Positions 30,301-43,021 of a DNA stretch of 64,000 bases are shown here, in pieces. The notes beneath the pieces were generated by a model. That model was not told where the DNA came from. It did not search any database and was given only the letters and a program-made list of their open reading frames with translations. This DNA comes from a virus (Duplodnaviria > Caudoviricetes), in the IMG/VR virus record IMGVR_UViG_3300046170_000302; one strand, 5' to 3'. How positions within the stretch are numbered: the stretch's first letter is position 1; each line of letters begins with the position of its first letter. Position numbers and translations under genes: made by a program.

Positions 30301-33184
30301 TGTATCCACAGTATGATAGAGATAATCCTCAGTTTGATCCAAAGGGTTCTAAGACATATGCCAAACCAACTCCTCTTGGTGAAGTTGTAGTTGATGATCC
30401 TAGAAACAGTATCACTAAAAAGACTATTGATACCTGCTTTACTTGACTTTGGTGTGGGTCTTGGTGTTACTGATATTATCTCCAACCCAACAGGAACAGC
30501 TCATACCATCTTCACTCAACATGATCATGGATTGAACAGAGCTGCTGTTGTTAGTGTTGCTAGTAGTGGTGCTGGATATGGTAATGGTACTGGATCTATT
30601 GAGAACCTTTATAACGCAATCCTTGTTAATACAGGAAGTGCAAGAGGAGTAAGTGCTACAGGCAAGAATCACAGTAGATGGTTCTGGTAGTATCTCAGGT
30701 GTTGAGGTCATGAACAGTGGTTCTGACTATCAAGTTGGAGATGTTCTGAATATAACTGGAACGGCTACAACCACAGGATTCTCACAAGCAACTGTAACTG
30801 TAACACAAATCAGTAGTAATGTTGGTGATACAGTTCGTGTTGCTGGTATTCAATCTACTTCATATGAAGGATATAACTCACTCTATCGTATTACTGGTAT
30901 TACTACCAATAACGCCTTTGAAGCTTCATCCGTTGTAGCTATCAGTGGAGCTAGTGTAACTGGTGTTGGTGTAACACTTTCTACAAACGCGTTCACTCAT
31001 GTAACTGGTAAGACACTGGATGTTTCATCTATTGTTTATGACAATGTAAGTGGATTTGCAACTGTTGTTACATCTCAAAATCATGGTTTGAGACCTAATA
31101 ATAAGATTGTGTTTGGTGGAGCTGATACTGAACTGGCTAATGGAGACTTCTTGGTTACAGAGATTACTAATCTCACAACATTCACAGCAAATATTGGTAT
31201 TAGTACTCTATCACCAACTATTGGTGGAACTATCAAGGCATATCTTCCTGGATTGACTTCACAAGAAGGTCCAGCTGTCCTATATGGTGAGAACTTTGGT
31301 GGTAGAGTTCAGGATATCTACGCTGGTATTACAACTACACTTTCTTCAGCTGTTTCTTCTTCGTCTGATGATGAAGTTGAAATCCTCAATATTGAAAATC
31401 TAGATATCAACATTGGTGATTATCTGAGAATTGATGATGAGGTTCTTAGAGTTAAGAGAACTGTAACTGGAAACCCAGTTCGTGTATTCAGAGGATTGTT
31501 TGGAACAAGAGCTTCTATACATGACGCTGGTTCTGTTGTAAGAAGAATTAAAGTCAATAGTGCTGAGTTTAGAAGACCTTCTATTGTTAGAGCTTCTGGT
31601 CACACCTTTGAGTATCAAGGTTATGGACCTGGTAACTACTCAACTGCACTTCCTGACAGACAGGATACTTCACCTACACTAACAGAACAGACACTATCCC
31701 AGTCCTTCAGGTCTGATGGTGGTCTCAGTGTTTACACTGGTATGAATGATAAGGGTGACTACTTTGTTGGTAACAGAAGACTTTCTTCTACTACTGGTAA
31801 GGCTGACATCTATAATACACCTGTACCAACGGTTACCTGGTGAGGATGTTGCATCTGTAGATAGAGATGTAAGTGTTGATATTGTTGAGACATCAGCAGC
31901 TGACATCACTGGTTCTATCAAGGTTAGTGGTGGTATCAATAATAACTTTGTATCAGAGTTTGATGGTCCTGTTGTACTGAATAAGAAGGTAACTTCTACT
32001 TCTGAAGATGGTTTGGAAGCTGTAAGTCTCTTCCTTCAGGGTGATGCCACTGTTTCTAGAAAATATACAGTTGGTATTTCTACTCCAGTGAACGCTGGAA
32101 ACCCTGGTGATGTAGTTTATAACGCTAATCCCAGCACCTGGTGGTATTCTTGGTTGGAGTTATACCACTGATAATAATTGGAGTACCTTTCGGTGCTGTA
32201 TCACTTGACCAGTATGGTCAGAGTGTTCTGTTTGATAAGGTTGGTATTGCAACTGGTGCACTCGGTGAGAGCACCGTATTGGTTGGTTCTGGTTCTACAC
32301 AGGTATCCATTGATGGAACAGGTGGTGTAGGTATTGGAACCACAGCTAATGGGTTCAAACTTCATGTCTTTGGTGGAAACATCAGAGGTACATTTGAGGG
32401 TGATGGTTCACAACTTTCTAACCTTGATAGTATCTGGACTAACAACTCCACCAATGAGTGGGCATATACCAAGGACAATCCTGACCTGAAGGTTGGTATT
32501 GGAACATCACTGGGTGTTACTTCACAACTAAGGATCGCAGGTACGGCTACTACTTCACTGTGGGTCGCCAATGAATCACGATTTGATGGTAAAGTATACT
32601 TCAACCAAGATGTTGTAATTGGTTCTGGTGTCACACTATCTGTTGGTGATATTGAAACAACTGGTGGTTCATTGAATGTTGGTCTGATGACCGCAACTCA
32701 ACTACATGTTGGAACTGGTGGCACGATTCTTTCTACCCCCGCGAATGGTGAGTTTGTTGGTGTCGGTATTGGAACTACGGCACCAAGAGCATCACTTGAT
32801 GTTGAAGGTACGGCTAGACTTAAGTCTTATTATGAGATAGCAAAAACTGTTACGAGTGATTCTGGTGTTGTAACTCTGAATCTTTCAGAGGCTCAATCAT
32901 TCCTTCTCACTACTTCTGAAAACATCACTTCCTTCACTCTCACAGGTGCGGCAGCTGATTCCACTACAGCATTCACACTGAAGATTCTTCAAGGTGGAAC
33001 AGCTCGTGGAGTTGGTATAGATACATTCAGAACAAGTGGTGGTTCACCGATTCCGGTATATTGGCCGGGTGGTTCAGTTCCTGTAGTTACACCAACAGCA
33101 GCTAAAACTGATATCTACTCCTTTATGACTTTTGATGGTGGAACTTCTCTGTTCGGTGTTGTTGGAGGTCAGAACTTCTCATGA
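27337..33184 (+). CDS. Very large cyanophage virion structural/fibre protein (~1950 aa), split by about 6-7 frameshifts
   Basis: MPLSRLDNFLKN...NQGNS..RPF.TIQRALVEA start; consecutive ORF pieces tile 27337-33184; C-terminal VTLNLS...YWPGG..P...DIYSF...GGQNFS. Confidence 0.7.
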
Positions 33185-35558
33185 GTGCAGTAGGATTTCA
33201 CTTATATCGTTCAATACCGACACAGTTGGACCTTAATGGTCCACTGTTGTCATTTACACAACAACCAGAATCTGTGAGCACTGATGGGTCATCAGTGACT
33301 CTAACTGGTATTGCAACAGTATCATTTGCCAGCACAAATCCAACTAACAGTGGAACACTTAAGTATCAATGGTATGAGATTGGTGTTGGTCCTGTCAGTG
33401 ATGGTAATGGAGTAACAGGATCTGCCACAACTACACTATCCTTACAGAGTTTGGTATCACCTACTGATAGTGGTAGAGACTTCTACCTTGAAGCTTCATA
33501 TGAACCATCAACAGAGACTGGTTCTGGTATTAATGAACCATTCAACTCAAATACTGTAACAGTAACAATTTTCCCATTCATTGAGATTATTGCTCAACCA
33601 TCTAATAGCACTACAATTCCAAATAGAAATACAACATTCAACATTGATGCAAGTCTTTCTGACGCAACATTTGCAGAATCTCTTACTTATCAATGGACTT
33701 TAAATGGAAATGATGCTGTAGATGGAACAACAACACAAGAAATTCCTGTCACAAGATTTGAAGAAACATTTTCTTCAGATACCACAGTCACACTTCCTAG
33801 TGATGCATTAGATATTGAGATTGAAGTTGCTGGTGGATCTGGTGGCGGTGGTGGTGGTGATGCAGGAGGTTCCCTGGTGGTGGAGGCAGGTGGTAGATAT
33901 GGTAAGTTTTCATATAATGGTGCAGGAACCACACTAGATTTGAAAGTTGGTAGATCTGGTAATGGTGGCACTAGTGGAAATGCAGGTGCCTATGGTACTG
34001 GTGGTGCTAGTGGAGTTGCGTGGCTGGTGGTAGAGGTGGTGGTGCTGGACCTGGTGGTTGGTCTGGTGGTGGAGGCGGAGGCGGTGGTGCCTCTGGTGTT
34101 TATGATAGAAATAGTGGTTCATATACTATCGTGTCTGGCGGCGGTGGAGGAGGCGGTGGTGCCTCACATAATGCATCAGCATCTGGTGGCGGATCTGGTA
34201 GTAGTTTTGTCCCTGTTGGTGGTTCATTTTCTGTCTCTGGTGGTTCTCAAGGACAAACTGCAGGTGGTGATGGCGGCGGTGGAGGAGGCGGAGGCGGTGG
34301 CGCCCCTGGTTCCGGCGGTGGTGGTTCAGGTCAAGATAACTCCCGTGGTGGCAGCGGAGGATCTGGTGGAGGTTCCAAGTTTGACAACACTAGAGCTACT
34401 ACACTATTAGATCAAAGAATTCTAGTGGTAATGGTTTCATTAAAATCAAGTATGATGTTCCCTGCTGGTAGTAGTTCCACAGGTATTGTAAAAATCATCA
34501 ATACTACATTGAGTGGTTCACAAACCGAATCACTTACTGCAAGTTCTGATACTGTCGGTATTCAAACAATAACTTGCAAGTTAACTCACCCAACCGCAAC
34601 TAACTCACCACTTGAAAGTGATGTAGCATTGTTCTCTGCTATCTCTAATGCAGATTCATTCCCAATTATTGTTGAGGCTATTGGTGGGTTGACAGAAGCT
34701 AGTATCTCATCTATTGATTTGTTTAATGGTGATTTTGAAATTGATACTACAGGCAGTGGTGATATTAGTGGTGGAGAGTATACAAACTACTACAGTATCT
34801 ACTCCCCAGATAAAGATATTGAGGTAGAGGTTGATTTATATGGTGGTAAGGGTGCTAATTCCGGTTCCTTTGTTGGTGGTGAAGGTGGATTCTCAAGAAT
34901 CAGATTTACAATGGAACAGAATGTTGAGTATATACTGACTGGATTGAATACACTTATTGATGCTCCATTCCTGTATCGTAAAGGTTCACTGATTGCCTGT
35001 GTGGGACAAGGTGGTTCCGCAGGTAGTAGTGGAAATGGTGGATTTGGTGGAGGTATTGGTGTATCTGGTGATGAAGGTTATGGTAGAAGAGGTGGAAATG
35101 GTGGTGAATCTGTTTCTGCTGGTACTCTTTCTAATATTGGTATCTTTGGTTCACTCTTTACCACTGCAGTACCAGTCGCACCAGATACAACAGCAACGAA
35201 CCCTGATGGTGGTAGAACACTACCCTGTCCTTATGGTGTCTATTGGAGAAACCAAGGCGTATCAGCCTGTTCTGATGTAGGAACTACACAGTTTAGATTG
35301 TCTGATGGCACTATCGTAACCAATACAGCAAATATCACTAGAGGATATAAGGCTGGTTATAGTATTATTGAAACTGCTGGTCTAGGTAATGTAAATGGTG
35401 GAAACGGTGGCAATGGAGCCACAGGTGGACAAGGTGGAGTTGGTGGAGATGGAGGCGGTGGTGCTTCTGGATACACGAATGGTAGTGTTACAGTTGTATC
35501 ATCTATTCTTGGTGGTAGTAATGGAGTTGCTAAGGCAATATTCAGAGTAGTTTTATAG
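33181..35558 (+). CDS. Fibre-tip/adhesin protein with Ig-like and glycine-rich domains; frameshifts near 33870, 34020 and 34410
   Basis: SFTQQP..YQWY Ig-like repeats, then GGGGGG-rich tracts in alternating frames. Confidence 0.6.
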
Positions 35559-35603
35559 TATAAATAAGTATAAGGTGGATAGTGAAACCTTTATAGGAGA
35601 AAA

Positions 35604-36569
35604 ATGGCTGTCAACAAGAATTTTGTAGTCAAAAATGGGATTGAAGTTGCAGAGGATTTAATCTTTGCAAATTCAGACCTAGGTAAAGTCGGTATTGGTT
35701 CCACTATCCCAACCACTACCCTTGACGTTAAAGGTCAGGGTATTGCAGCTGAAGATGGTCTGTTTACTGGAATTGTAACCGCAATATCTGAACTCAATGT
35801 GGGTTCAGGTGGAACAGTTATTACTGCATTGTCATCAGGTCTAATTGGACTTGGTACTGCATCTCCTCAATATAATGTACATATTGTAAGACCAAGCCCT
35901 GAGGCATCAGGTGAGATTTCAACCTCACTTTATGTGTCAGGTGATGTTACTGTAACTGGTCGTGTTCAATCAAACGCGATTACAAATAGTTCAGAAGTAA
36001 CGACTGCTAACTTAAATGTTACTGGTATTGCTACTGTCAGCAGTCTTGAGGCATCACAGAAGGAAATCTTCACTCAGTTTGATGTAGTTAATAGTGGTAG
36101 TGGAGCCTATCAGTTCAATGCAACTGGTATTGGTTTTACACAGAACACTAATAATCCCACTCTTTATCTAACAAGAGGTGAGAATTATCGTTTCTCTGTA
36201 AATGCATCTGGTCATCCATTTTATATTAAAACATTAAATTCAACTGGAACTGGTAATGCTTATAATGATGGTGTTGCCAATAATGGTGCAGCAGTTGGAA
36301 TTGTAACCTTTAAGGTTCCATATAATGCACCTGATATCTTACATTATAATTGCTCTATCCATTCTTCAATGCACGGAGAAATTCGTGTTGGAGGGTCAGG
36401 TGCTGGCGTAGGTGTTGGTTCTGAAGGAACTTTCATTGGTGCTGGTGTTACGATGATTGATTTTAAATCATCAAATGGATTAAACACCGTTGATATTTCA
36501 TCAGGAATTGCATCAGTCACCGTAACAACCGGTGCATCTATTGGTCTTGTAATCGCTCTTGGCGGTTAA
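35604..36569 (+). CDS. Fibre protein with a cupredoxin-like domain
   Basis: MAVNKNFVVKNG start; PTLYLTRGENYRF..GHPF...YNCSIHSSM. Confidence 0.65.
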   Translation: MAVNKNFVVKNGIEVAEDLIFANSDLGKVGIGSTIPTTTLDVKGQGIAAEDGLFTGIVTAISELNVGSGGTVITALSSGLIGLGTASPQYNVHIVRPSPEASGEISTSLYVSGDVTVTGRVQSNAITNSSEVTTANLNVTGIATVSSLEASQKEIFTQFDVVNSGSGAYQFNATGIGFTQNTNNPTLYLTRGENYRFSVNASGHPFYIKTLNSTGTGNAYNDGVANNGAAVGIVTFKVPYNAPDILHYNCSIHSSMHGEIRVGGSGAGVGVGSEGTFIGAGVTMIDFKSSNGLNTVDISSGIASVTVTTGASIGLVIALGG

Positions 36570-36596
36570 TAAATATAACTAACACCCCGTAAAACA

Positions 36597-37130
36597 ATGG
36601 CAGAATTATTTGTAAATGCGTTAGCTAAATCGGCAGGTATTGTTACGACCAGTTCCAATGGTACTATTGGAGCTAATGCTATCACAATCACCGGTATCTC
36701 AACTGTAGGAGTAAGTGTCGGTTATCTTGTTGATACCCAACACTTCAGAGGTGGCGCAAAAGTAAAAGCTCTTGGAGCAAGTCAAGTCACTGTAGATAAA
36801 ACATCTACAAATACTGCTTCTGCCGCTAATCAGAACGTTAAGTTCCTAGGACCAACAACCTCATACGCATCACCATCTTCAACTAAGAGTATTTTGATTG
36901 GTGGTACATTCTCAAACCTCACAAATAACAATGTGAATATTACAGTTGAGGTTGTGACTGGTGTAACATCTACAACTATTGCAAATAACATCCCTGTTCC
37001 TAGTGGAAGTTCTTTTGTTATTAGTGATGCTGGTAAGACAGTATTGGCTGGAGGAGATATAGTGAATATCTATTGTGATACAGAAAATGCTATTGATGTA
37101 ACACTAGGTGTTCTTCAGGGGGTTAGCTAA
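36597..37130 (+). CDS. Small adaptor-like virion protein
   Basis: 177 aa, beta-rich; C-terminus IPVPSGSSFVI...IDVTLGVLQ resembles the other small adaptors. Confidence 0.55.
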   Translation: MAELFVNALAKSAGIVTTSSNGTIGANAITITGISTVGVSVGYLVDTQHFRGGAKVKALGASQVTVDKTSTNTASAANQNVKFLGPTTSYASPSSTKSILIGGTFSNLTNNNVNITVEVVTGVTSTTIANNIPVPSGSSFVISDAGKTVLAGGDIVNIYCDTENAIDVTLGVLQGVS

Positions 37131-38020
37131 TGGCAGATAGAAGCGGGTATATCGGAAGAGCTCCAAGTGATAGTAGTATCACAGTTGCTCGTCAAACAAA
37201 TCAACCTACTGGGGTTACTACAACTTTTGTATTCAACTCTGGATATGAAGTAGGTTACCTTGACGTATATGTCAATGGTTCTAAACTTATTAACGCACTT
37301 GACTATACTGCAACTGATACCCAGAATGTATCACTTACTACTGCAGCACAAAGTGGTGATGTAATTGAGTTTGTAGCTTACAAGGCTTTTAATCTTACCA
37401 ATGTTGTTTCATCAACATCTGGTGATTTAACAGTTGAGGGTAGTGTTACTGCTAGTGGTAGTGTTACTGCTACTGGTAATGTTATTTCTAGTGGCAATGT
37501 CACTGCTACATCATTTATTGGTGATGGTTCGTCTCTGACAGGTATTGCTAATACTAACAACTTGAGAACTAATTTCTTAGAAGTTAGTGGGATTTCTACA
37601 CTTAGTGGTGGACTGACTGTTGCTGGAGTATCAACCTTTACTGGTAATGTAGTTCTTGATGCAAATCTGGATCTTCAAGATAATGATAAGATTTTGTTGG
37701 GAACTGGTGATGATTTAGAAATTTATCACACTGGATCTCACAGTTTTATTGTCGATTCCGGCACTGGTGATTTGTATGTCAGAGCATCGGCAGGATATGT
37801 TCAAGATGTAGCTAATGCCAACCAAACTTGGTTGAAATTTAATTCTGCTGCTGGTGTAGAAGCACACTTCGCAGGAAACAAGAAACTTGAAACTACCACT
37901 AATGGTGTCACTGTAACTGGTAGTGTGACTGCAACATCATTCAGTGGTTCGGGTGCTAACCTGACAAACCTTCCTGCTAGTGGTGACTCCAATGACATCA
38001 CTGCTTCCCTATTCAACTAA
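37130..38020 (+). CDS. Short fibre (stalk) protein
   Basis: LDVYVNGSKL...DYTATD...GDVIEF N-terminal domain; VTATSF.GDGS.LT repeats. Confidence 0.6.
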   Translation: MADRSGYIGRAPSDSSITVARQTNQPTGVTTTFVFNSGYEVGYLDVYVNGSKLINALDYTATDTQNVSLTTAAQSGDVIEFVAYKAFNLTNVVSSTSGDLTVEGSVTASGSVTATGNVISSGNVTATSFIGDGSSLTGIANTNNLRTNFLEVSGISTLSGGLTVAGVSTFTGNVVLDANLDLQDNDKILLGTGDDLEIYHTGSHSFIVDSGTGDLYVRASAGYVQDVANANQTWLKFNSAAGVEAHFAGNKKLETTTNGVTVTGSVTATSFSGSGANLTNLPASGDSNDITASLFN

Positions 38021-38039
38021 ATAAAGGAAAAATAGTAAG

Positions 38040-38444
38040 ATGGCGCTTAAAAAGACACAACTATTAGATATTGTATCAGTCACTGGTATTGCCACAGTTG
38101 GTATTCTTACTGTTGGAGTAACACAGACTGCAGGTGGAGTTGGTATTGCATCAACCACCTATATGAAAAATATTATTATGCACAATACTGGTCTTGGTAC
38201 TGCTAGGGTTTCACTTTATATTAACCCCAATACCACACCAGTTATTACAGGTTATGGTGTGACATCAAATAGATTTTTGAGAATAGATATTGCGCCAAAC
38301 GAAACAACATTCTTTGAAAGTACATATCCGATTGTAATGACACATCATGATAGTCTTACAGTAGAAGTTCAACCACCCGATGCAGGTGGAACAGGTATTG
38401 GTTCAGCAGTAAACTTTATCGTCAATGGCGACACTGATGTCTAA
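38040..38444 (+). CDS. Small adaptor-like virion protein
   Basis: Paralog of 50798..51160 (ET...E..YP.V.....DSL.V; VNFI..GD C-terminus). Confidence 0.6.
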   Translation: MALKKTQLLDIVSVTGIATVGILTVGVTQTAGGVGIASTTYMKNIIMHNTGLGTARVSLYINPNTTPVITGYGVTSNRFLRIDIAPNETTFFESTYPIVMTHHDSLTVEVQPPDAGGTGIGSAVNFIVNGDTDV

Positions 38445-38446
38445 TT

Positions 38447-40360
38447 ATGGCTCCCATCAAGACCAACAATCCATATGCATCATACTTTGATTTCTTCAGT
38501 AGGTCAGGTACTGATGCAGTCACTCCTGAACCACCACCAGCATCAGGATTAACAGCAACTGGTGGTGTCATTAGTGATTATACTTCTGGTTCTGATGTTT
38601 ATAGAGCACATATCTTTACTTCATCAGGGGCACTGAATGTAACTGCACTTGGTACTTTTGGTGATACTGTTGATTATCTACTAGTTGCCGGTGGTGGTGG
38701 TGCTGGTGCCAACATTGGTGCAGGTGGTGGTGGAGGAGGAGTTCTAACAGCAACTTCACAACCAGTATCAATTTCTCCTTATACTATAGTTATTGGTGGT
38801 GGTGGTGGATTCGGAATAACGCCTGGTGATACTGCTGGAGTTACAGGAAGCGATTCAACTGGATTCAGCGCAACAGCACTTGGTGGTGGTGGAGGCGGTG
38901 GTTATCAAGATGTTGGACTTGTGGGTGGATCTGGTGGAGGTGGAAGCGGCCACGGTGGAAATTATGCAGGTGGAGCTGCCACAAATTATCCAGGACCAAA
39001 TCAACAAGGTTTTCCTGGCGGTGCTGGTGCAGGTAATAGCGGTCCAGATGCAGTTCCTGGTGGTGGCGGCGGTGCTGGTGCTATTGGTGGAGATGGTGTT
39101 TCAAACACTAGAGGTGGTCATGGTGGCGATGGACTAGAAAATACTTATGACGGAACACCATATTATTATGGTGGTGGAGGTGGTGGTGGTGGCCACCCAG
39201 GATTAGGTGGTGGTAATGGTGGACGTGGAGGTGGAGCTGGAGGACATGGACCTGGTTCTCAAGGATCTGCTGGCGCAAATGGAAGATCTACTGCTTCCCC
39301 TTCAACATCTAGGGGTGGTAACGGAGGACCAATCACAGGTGGTGGTGGAGCTGGAGGAGGACCAGGTGCATCTGGTGGTTCTGGTGGTTCAGGAATTGTA
39401 GTAGTAAGATATCAAATTGTAGCATCACAATCAGGAACTGCAAAAGCAACTGGTGGTTCTATCAGTTATTATGGTAGTAAAACAATTCATGCCTTTACTA
39501 ATTCTGGCACTTTCACTGCACCTGGGCCATTTAGTGAAACTGTAGAGTATGTTGTTGTTGGTGGCGGCGGCGGTGGTTCAGATGCGCCTGCTCCAGGTGC
39601 TGGTGGAGGCGGTGGTGCTGGTGGATATAAAACAGGAAGTGTTTCATTATCAGGACCGTTTGCTGCACCAGTGACTATTGGTGCTGGTGGTGGAAGATTA
39701 ACTAACGGAGTTGACACCGTGTTTGGTGCCCCTTCACCACAAACTGCTGGTGGCGGTGGATATGGTGGAATTAGAGCTTCAAGTAATGGAAATAATGCTC
39801 CACTTGGATCTGGTGGTGGCGGTGGTGCTGGTAGAGCTGGTGGTACTGGCGGTCCTCAAGGAAATAATGGTGGAGATGGTGACGGCAATCCAAGTCCAGG
39901 AAATGGAGTTGCTGGTGGAGGTGGTGGTGCTGGACAAGCAGGAGCACCCTTCCAGGATATAAACCCAGGAAATGGTATTGGTGGATATGGTGGATATGGT
40001 ATTCAGGCACCAGCTACATTTAGAGATCCAGCGTCTACAGTAGGTGACCCTGGTGGATATGGTCAGACCCCTAATGGATCTGCAAATCAACCAGGTGGTT
40101 ATTGGTTTGCTGGTGGTGGAGGTGGTGGTGGACAAAGTGACACTAGTGTAAATGCTGCAGGTAGAGGTGGATCCGGTGGAGGAGGCAAAGGTGGTAGTGG
40201 TTGGGGACCTTCTCCATCTGGCACAACTCCGACTACACCAACGACTGGTCAAAATGGTCAATCAAACACTGGTGGTGGAGGTGGTGGTATGGGCAATAAT
40301 TCTACACTAAGAGGTGGTATAGGTGGTTCCGGTCTTGTCCTGATTGCGTATCCAACCTAA
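38447..40360 (+). CDS. Glycine-rich adhesin-like protein with two tandem domains
   Basis: ATGG...H.FT.SG, YL.V.GGG.G, poly-Gly tracts, GGSG.V...Y domain ends. Confidence 0.75.
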   Translation: MAPIKTNNPYASYFDFFSRSGTDAVTPEPPPASGLTATGGVISDYTSGSDVYRAHIFTSSGALNVTALGTFGDTVDYLLVAGGGGAGANIGAGGGGGGVLTATSQPVSISPYTIVIGGGGGFGITPGDTAGVTGSDSTGFSATALGGGGGGGYQDVGLVGGSGGGGSGHGGNYAGGAATNYPGPNQQGFPGGAGAGNSGPDAVPGGGGGAGAIGGDGVSNTRGGHGGDGLENTYDGTPYYYGGGGGGGGHPGLGGGNGGRGGGAGGHGPGSQGSAGANGRSTASPSTSRGGNGGPITGGGGAGGGPGASGGSGGSGIVVVRYQIVASQSGTAKATGGSISYYGSKTIHAFTNSGTFTAPGPFSETVEYVVVGGGGGGSDAPAPGAGGGGGAGGYKTGSVSLSGPFAAPVTIGAGGGRLTNGVDTVFGAPSPQTAGGGGYGGIRASSNGNNAPLGSGGGGGAGRAGGTGGPQGNNGGDGDGNPSPGNGVAGGGGGAGQAGAPFQDINPGNGIGGYGGYGIQAPATFRDPASTVGDPGGYGQTPNGSANQPGGYWFAGGGGGGGQSDTSVNAAGRGGSGGGGKGGSGWGPSPSGTTPTTPTTGQNGQSNTGGGGGGMGNNSTLRGGIGGSGLVLIAYPT

Positions 40361-40386
40361 ACATAAATAACTAAAAAGTATATAAG

Positions 40387-42457
40387 ATGGGCATTCGTTC
40401 TCAAAATAATCCAATAGCAGCATACCTGGATGTATTTTCTGGTACTGGAACGGATGCTACTGGTGCTGCTGCTGGTGGCGGTGGTGGTCCAGTTGCACCT
40501 CTAGGACTAACAGCAACTGGTGGTATCGTTAATGATTATGTTTCTGGATCAGAAGTTTATAGAGCACATGTCTTTACTTCATCAGGGGCACTGAGTGTAA
40601 CTGCTCTCTCTGCAAGTCTTCCAAATACTGTTGAGTATCTTGTTGTTGCCGGTGGTGGTGGCGGTGGTGCTGCATGGGGTGGAGGGGGTGGTGCCGGTCA
40701 AGTTTCTCCGGGAACTATGACAGTAACTACATCATCTCCATACGCAATAACTGTTGGTGGTGGAGGAGCTGGTGGATTTAATGCAGGTCCAAATGCTCCA
40801 ACAGCTGTTGGACTTATTGGTACTAATTCGTCTATAACACACCCAGCTGGACCATATACTGCAAATCGTGGTGGTGGTGGTGGTGGACAAAGTGATAATG
40901 CGCCACTTAGAAATGGACTTCCAGGTGGATCTGGTGGTGGTGCATCTTCTGACTGGCCATCAGGAAATACTAGTGGAACTGCTGGAGCTGCCACACCGGG
41001 ACCAGGAGGAAATGCAGGAGGCCTTAGCATTGGAACTGCAAACGCTGGTGGTGGTGGAGGTGCCGGTCAAGTGGGACAAACTGGCGGATCTGGAACAGGT
41101 GGGGCTGGTGGATATGGGGTTCGTAGTAATATTGCAGGTCCAAATTATCCAATAGGAACACCGGGACCAGGACCAACTACTGGTGGATGGATTGCTGGTG
41201 GAGGTGGTGGCGGATCTCCTGGAAATTCAGGTGCTGCTGGTGGAGCTGGAGGTGCTGGTGGTGGAGGTGCTGGAGGACCACAAGGTGGCACCGCCACCGG
41301 GGAAAATGCAACTTCCTCCACTGGCGGTGGTGGTGGAGGTAGTAATGGTATTAACGTTGGAGGATTCGGTGGTTCCGGTATTGTAGTAGTTAGATATCAA
41401 ATAGGACAAGTTGCAACCGCAAAAGCAACTGGTGGTGTTGTCAGTTTCAGGAATAATAAAACAGTTCATGTTTTCACATCTTCTGGAGAGTTTACTAATA
41501 CATCTGGATCAAGCTTAGATGTTGATTATCTTGTCGTCGGTGGCGGTGGTGCCGGTGGCGGTGGTGAGAATGGAGCAGGTGGAGGCGGTGGTGCTGGTGG
41601 ATTGAGAACATCATCACCAGAGGGCCCAGGAGGACCAGGATCACCGACAGAATCTGCACTATCTGTTGCTCCTGGATCACCAGCAAAATTAACTATCACA
41701 ATTGGTGCAGGTGGAGGTGGACTTGGGCAAGGTACAGCAACAGGTAACGATGGTACTGATTCACAAATAACACACCCCAGTTCACCTAACAATATAATTG
41801 GTAACGGTGGTGGTGGTGGTTCATATGGTTGGCCCAACCCTAGAGGTGCCGCCGGTCGAGATGGTGGATCTGGTGGTGGTGGAGGCAAATGGTCCAAATT
41901 CGAATGCCGGATCAGCAGAGTCTTCACCCAGAGTAATGGGATATGGTGGTGGTTCTGGTAAAGGTGATAGTGGACCAAGTTCTACTTATAGAGCAGGTGG
42001 CGGCGGTGGTGCTGGTAGTGTAGGTGAACAAGCTCTTGGAGTTCTTCAAGCAGGTGATGGTGGATCAGGAAAGAGAGTAGTAGCTTTTGTTGATCCTTCG
42101 GGAGTTGATTGGGGATTCTCTGGACCAGGTGGAGCAACAAATGGATGGCTCGCTGGCGGTGGCGGCGGTGGTTGTGGATATGAACCCGGTGGAAACGCAG
42201 GAACAACTGGCGGATATGGTGGAGGTGCATCACCTGATAGAGGAGCATTCTGGTCAGGTGGTGGAGATGGTGTTAGCCCTCCAGGAGCACCACCTGCTAC
42301 ATATGAGTCATCACTCACTACTGCATCTGGAAGAATTTCTAGTGGAGGTGGCGGCGGTGGCGGTGGATTTGGAAGACCAACGTATTCTGCAAATAATCCG
42401 CAACATCGCGCAGGAAGTGGTGGTTCAGGTATTATCGTTATTGCATACCCTACCTAA
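40387..42457 (+). CDS. Glycine-rich adhesin-like protein with two tandem domains; frameshifted near 41890
   Basis: Same motifs as 38447..40360; ORFs 40387..41961 and 41798..42457 overlap; ends GSGIIVIAYPT. Confidence 0.72.
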
Positions 42458-42514
42458 ATAACCCAGGACAATAGAGGTCCTAAATATTAAAAACATTTAA
42501 TTTAGATATTAAAC

Positions 42515-42955
42515 ATGGCTCATTTCGCACAACTAGATGGTGATAACATCGTCACTCAAGTCATTGTTGTGAGCAACGATGACACTTCCGACTCAGGTGG
42601 AGTAGAAACTGAAAGTATTGGTGTTGCTTTCTGTCAGAAACTCCTTGGTGCTTCTACTAATTGGAAGCAAACTTCTTATAATGGTAATATGAGAGGCAAC
42701 TATGCAGGTATTGGATATACCTACATGAGTAATGTTGCAACCCTTGGAGTTGGTTCTACTGATATCTTTATCTCACCACAACCTTATGGTTCATGGACAA
42801 TTGGTGTTGGTACTGCTACTTGGTACCCACCTACAACTCCTGGTAATGCACCTGTACTAACTGCTGATGAAGTAGCAGCAGGTAAGTATTATGTGTGGAA
42901 CGAAAGTAACTATCAGGCAGACCCAGCAACAGCATGGGTTCTGACCACACCTTAA
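42515..42955 (+). CDS. Conserved hypothetical protein (MAHFAQLD family), linked to glycine-rich genes
   Basis: MAHFAQLDGDNIVTQVIVV, WKQTSYN...RGNYAGIGYTY, F..PQPYGSW. Confidence 0.7.
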   Translation: MAHFAQLDGDNIVTQVIVVSNDDTSDSGGVETESIGVAFCQKLLGASTNWKQTSYNGNMRGNYAGIGYTYMSNVATLGVGSTDIFISPQPYGSWTIGVGTATWYPPTTPGNAPVLTADEVAAGKYYVWNESNYQADPATAWVLTTP

Positions 42956-42963
42956 TAATCACA

Positions 42964-42988
42964 GGGAGGGTTGAACCCTCCCTTTTTT
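42964..42988 (+). terminator. Rho-independent terminator
   Basis: GGGAGGGT-TGA-ACCCTCCC followed by a T run. Confidence 0.8.
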
Positions 42989-43021
42989 ATGCCTATAAAT
43001 AGATAAAAAGTAATAGCTGAG

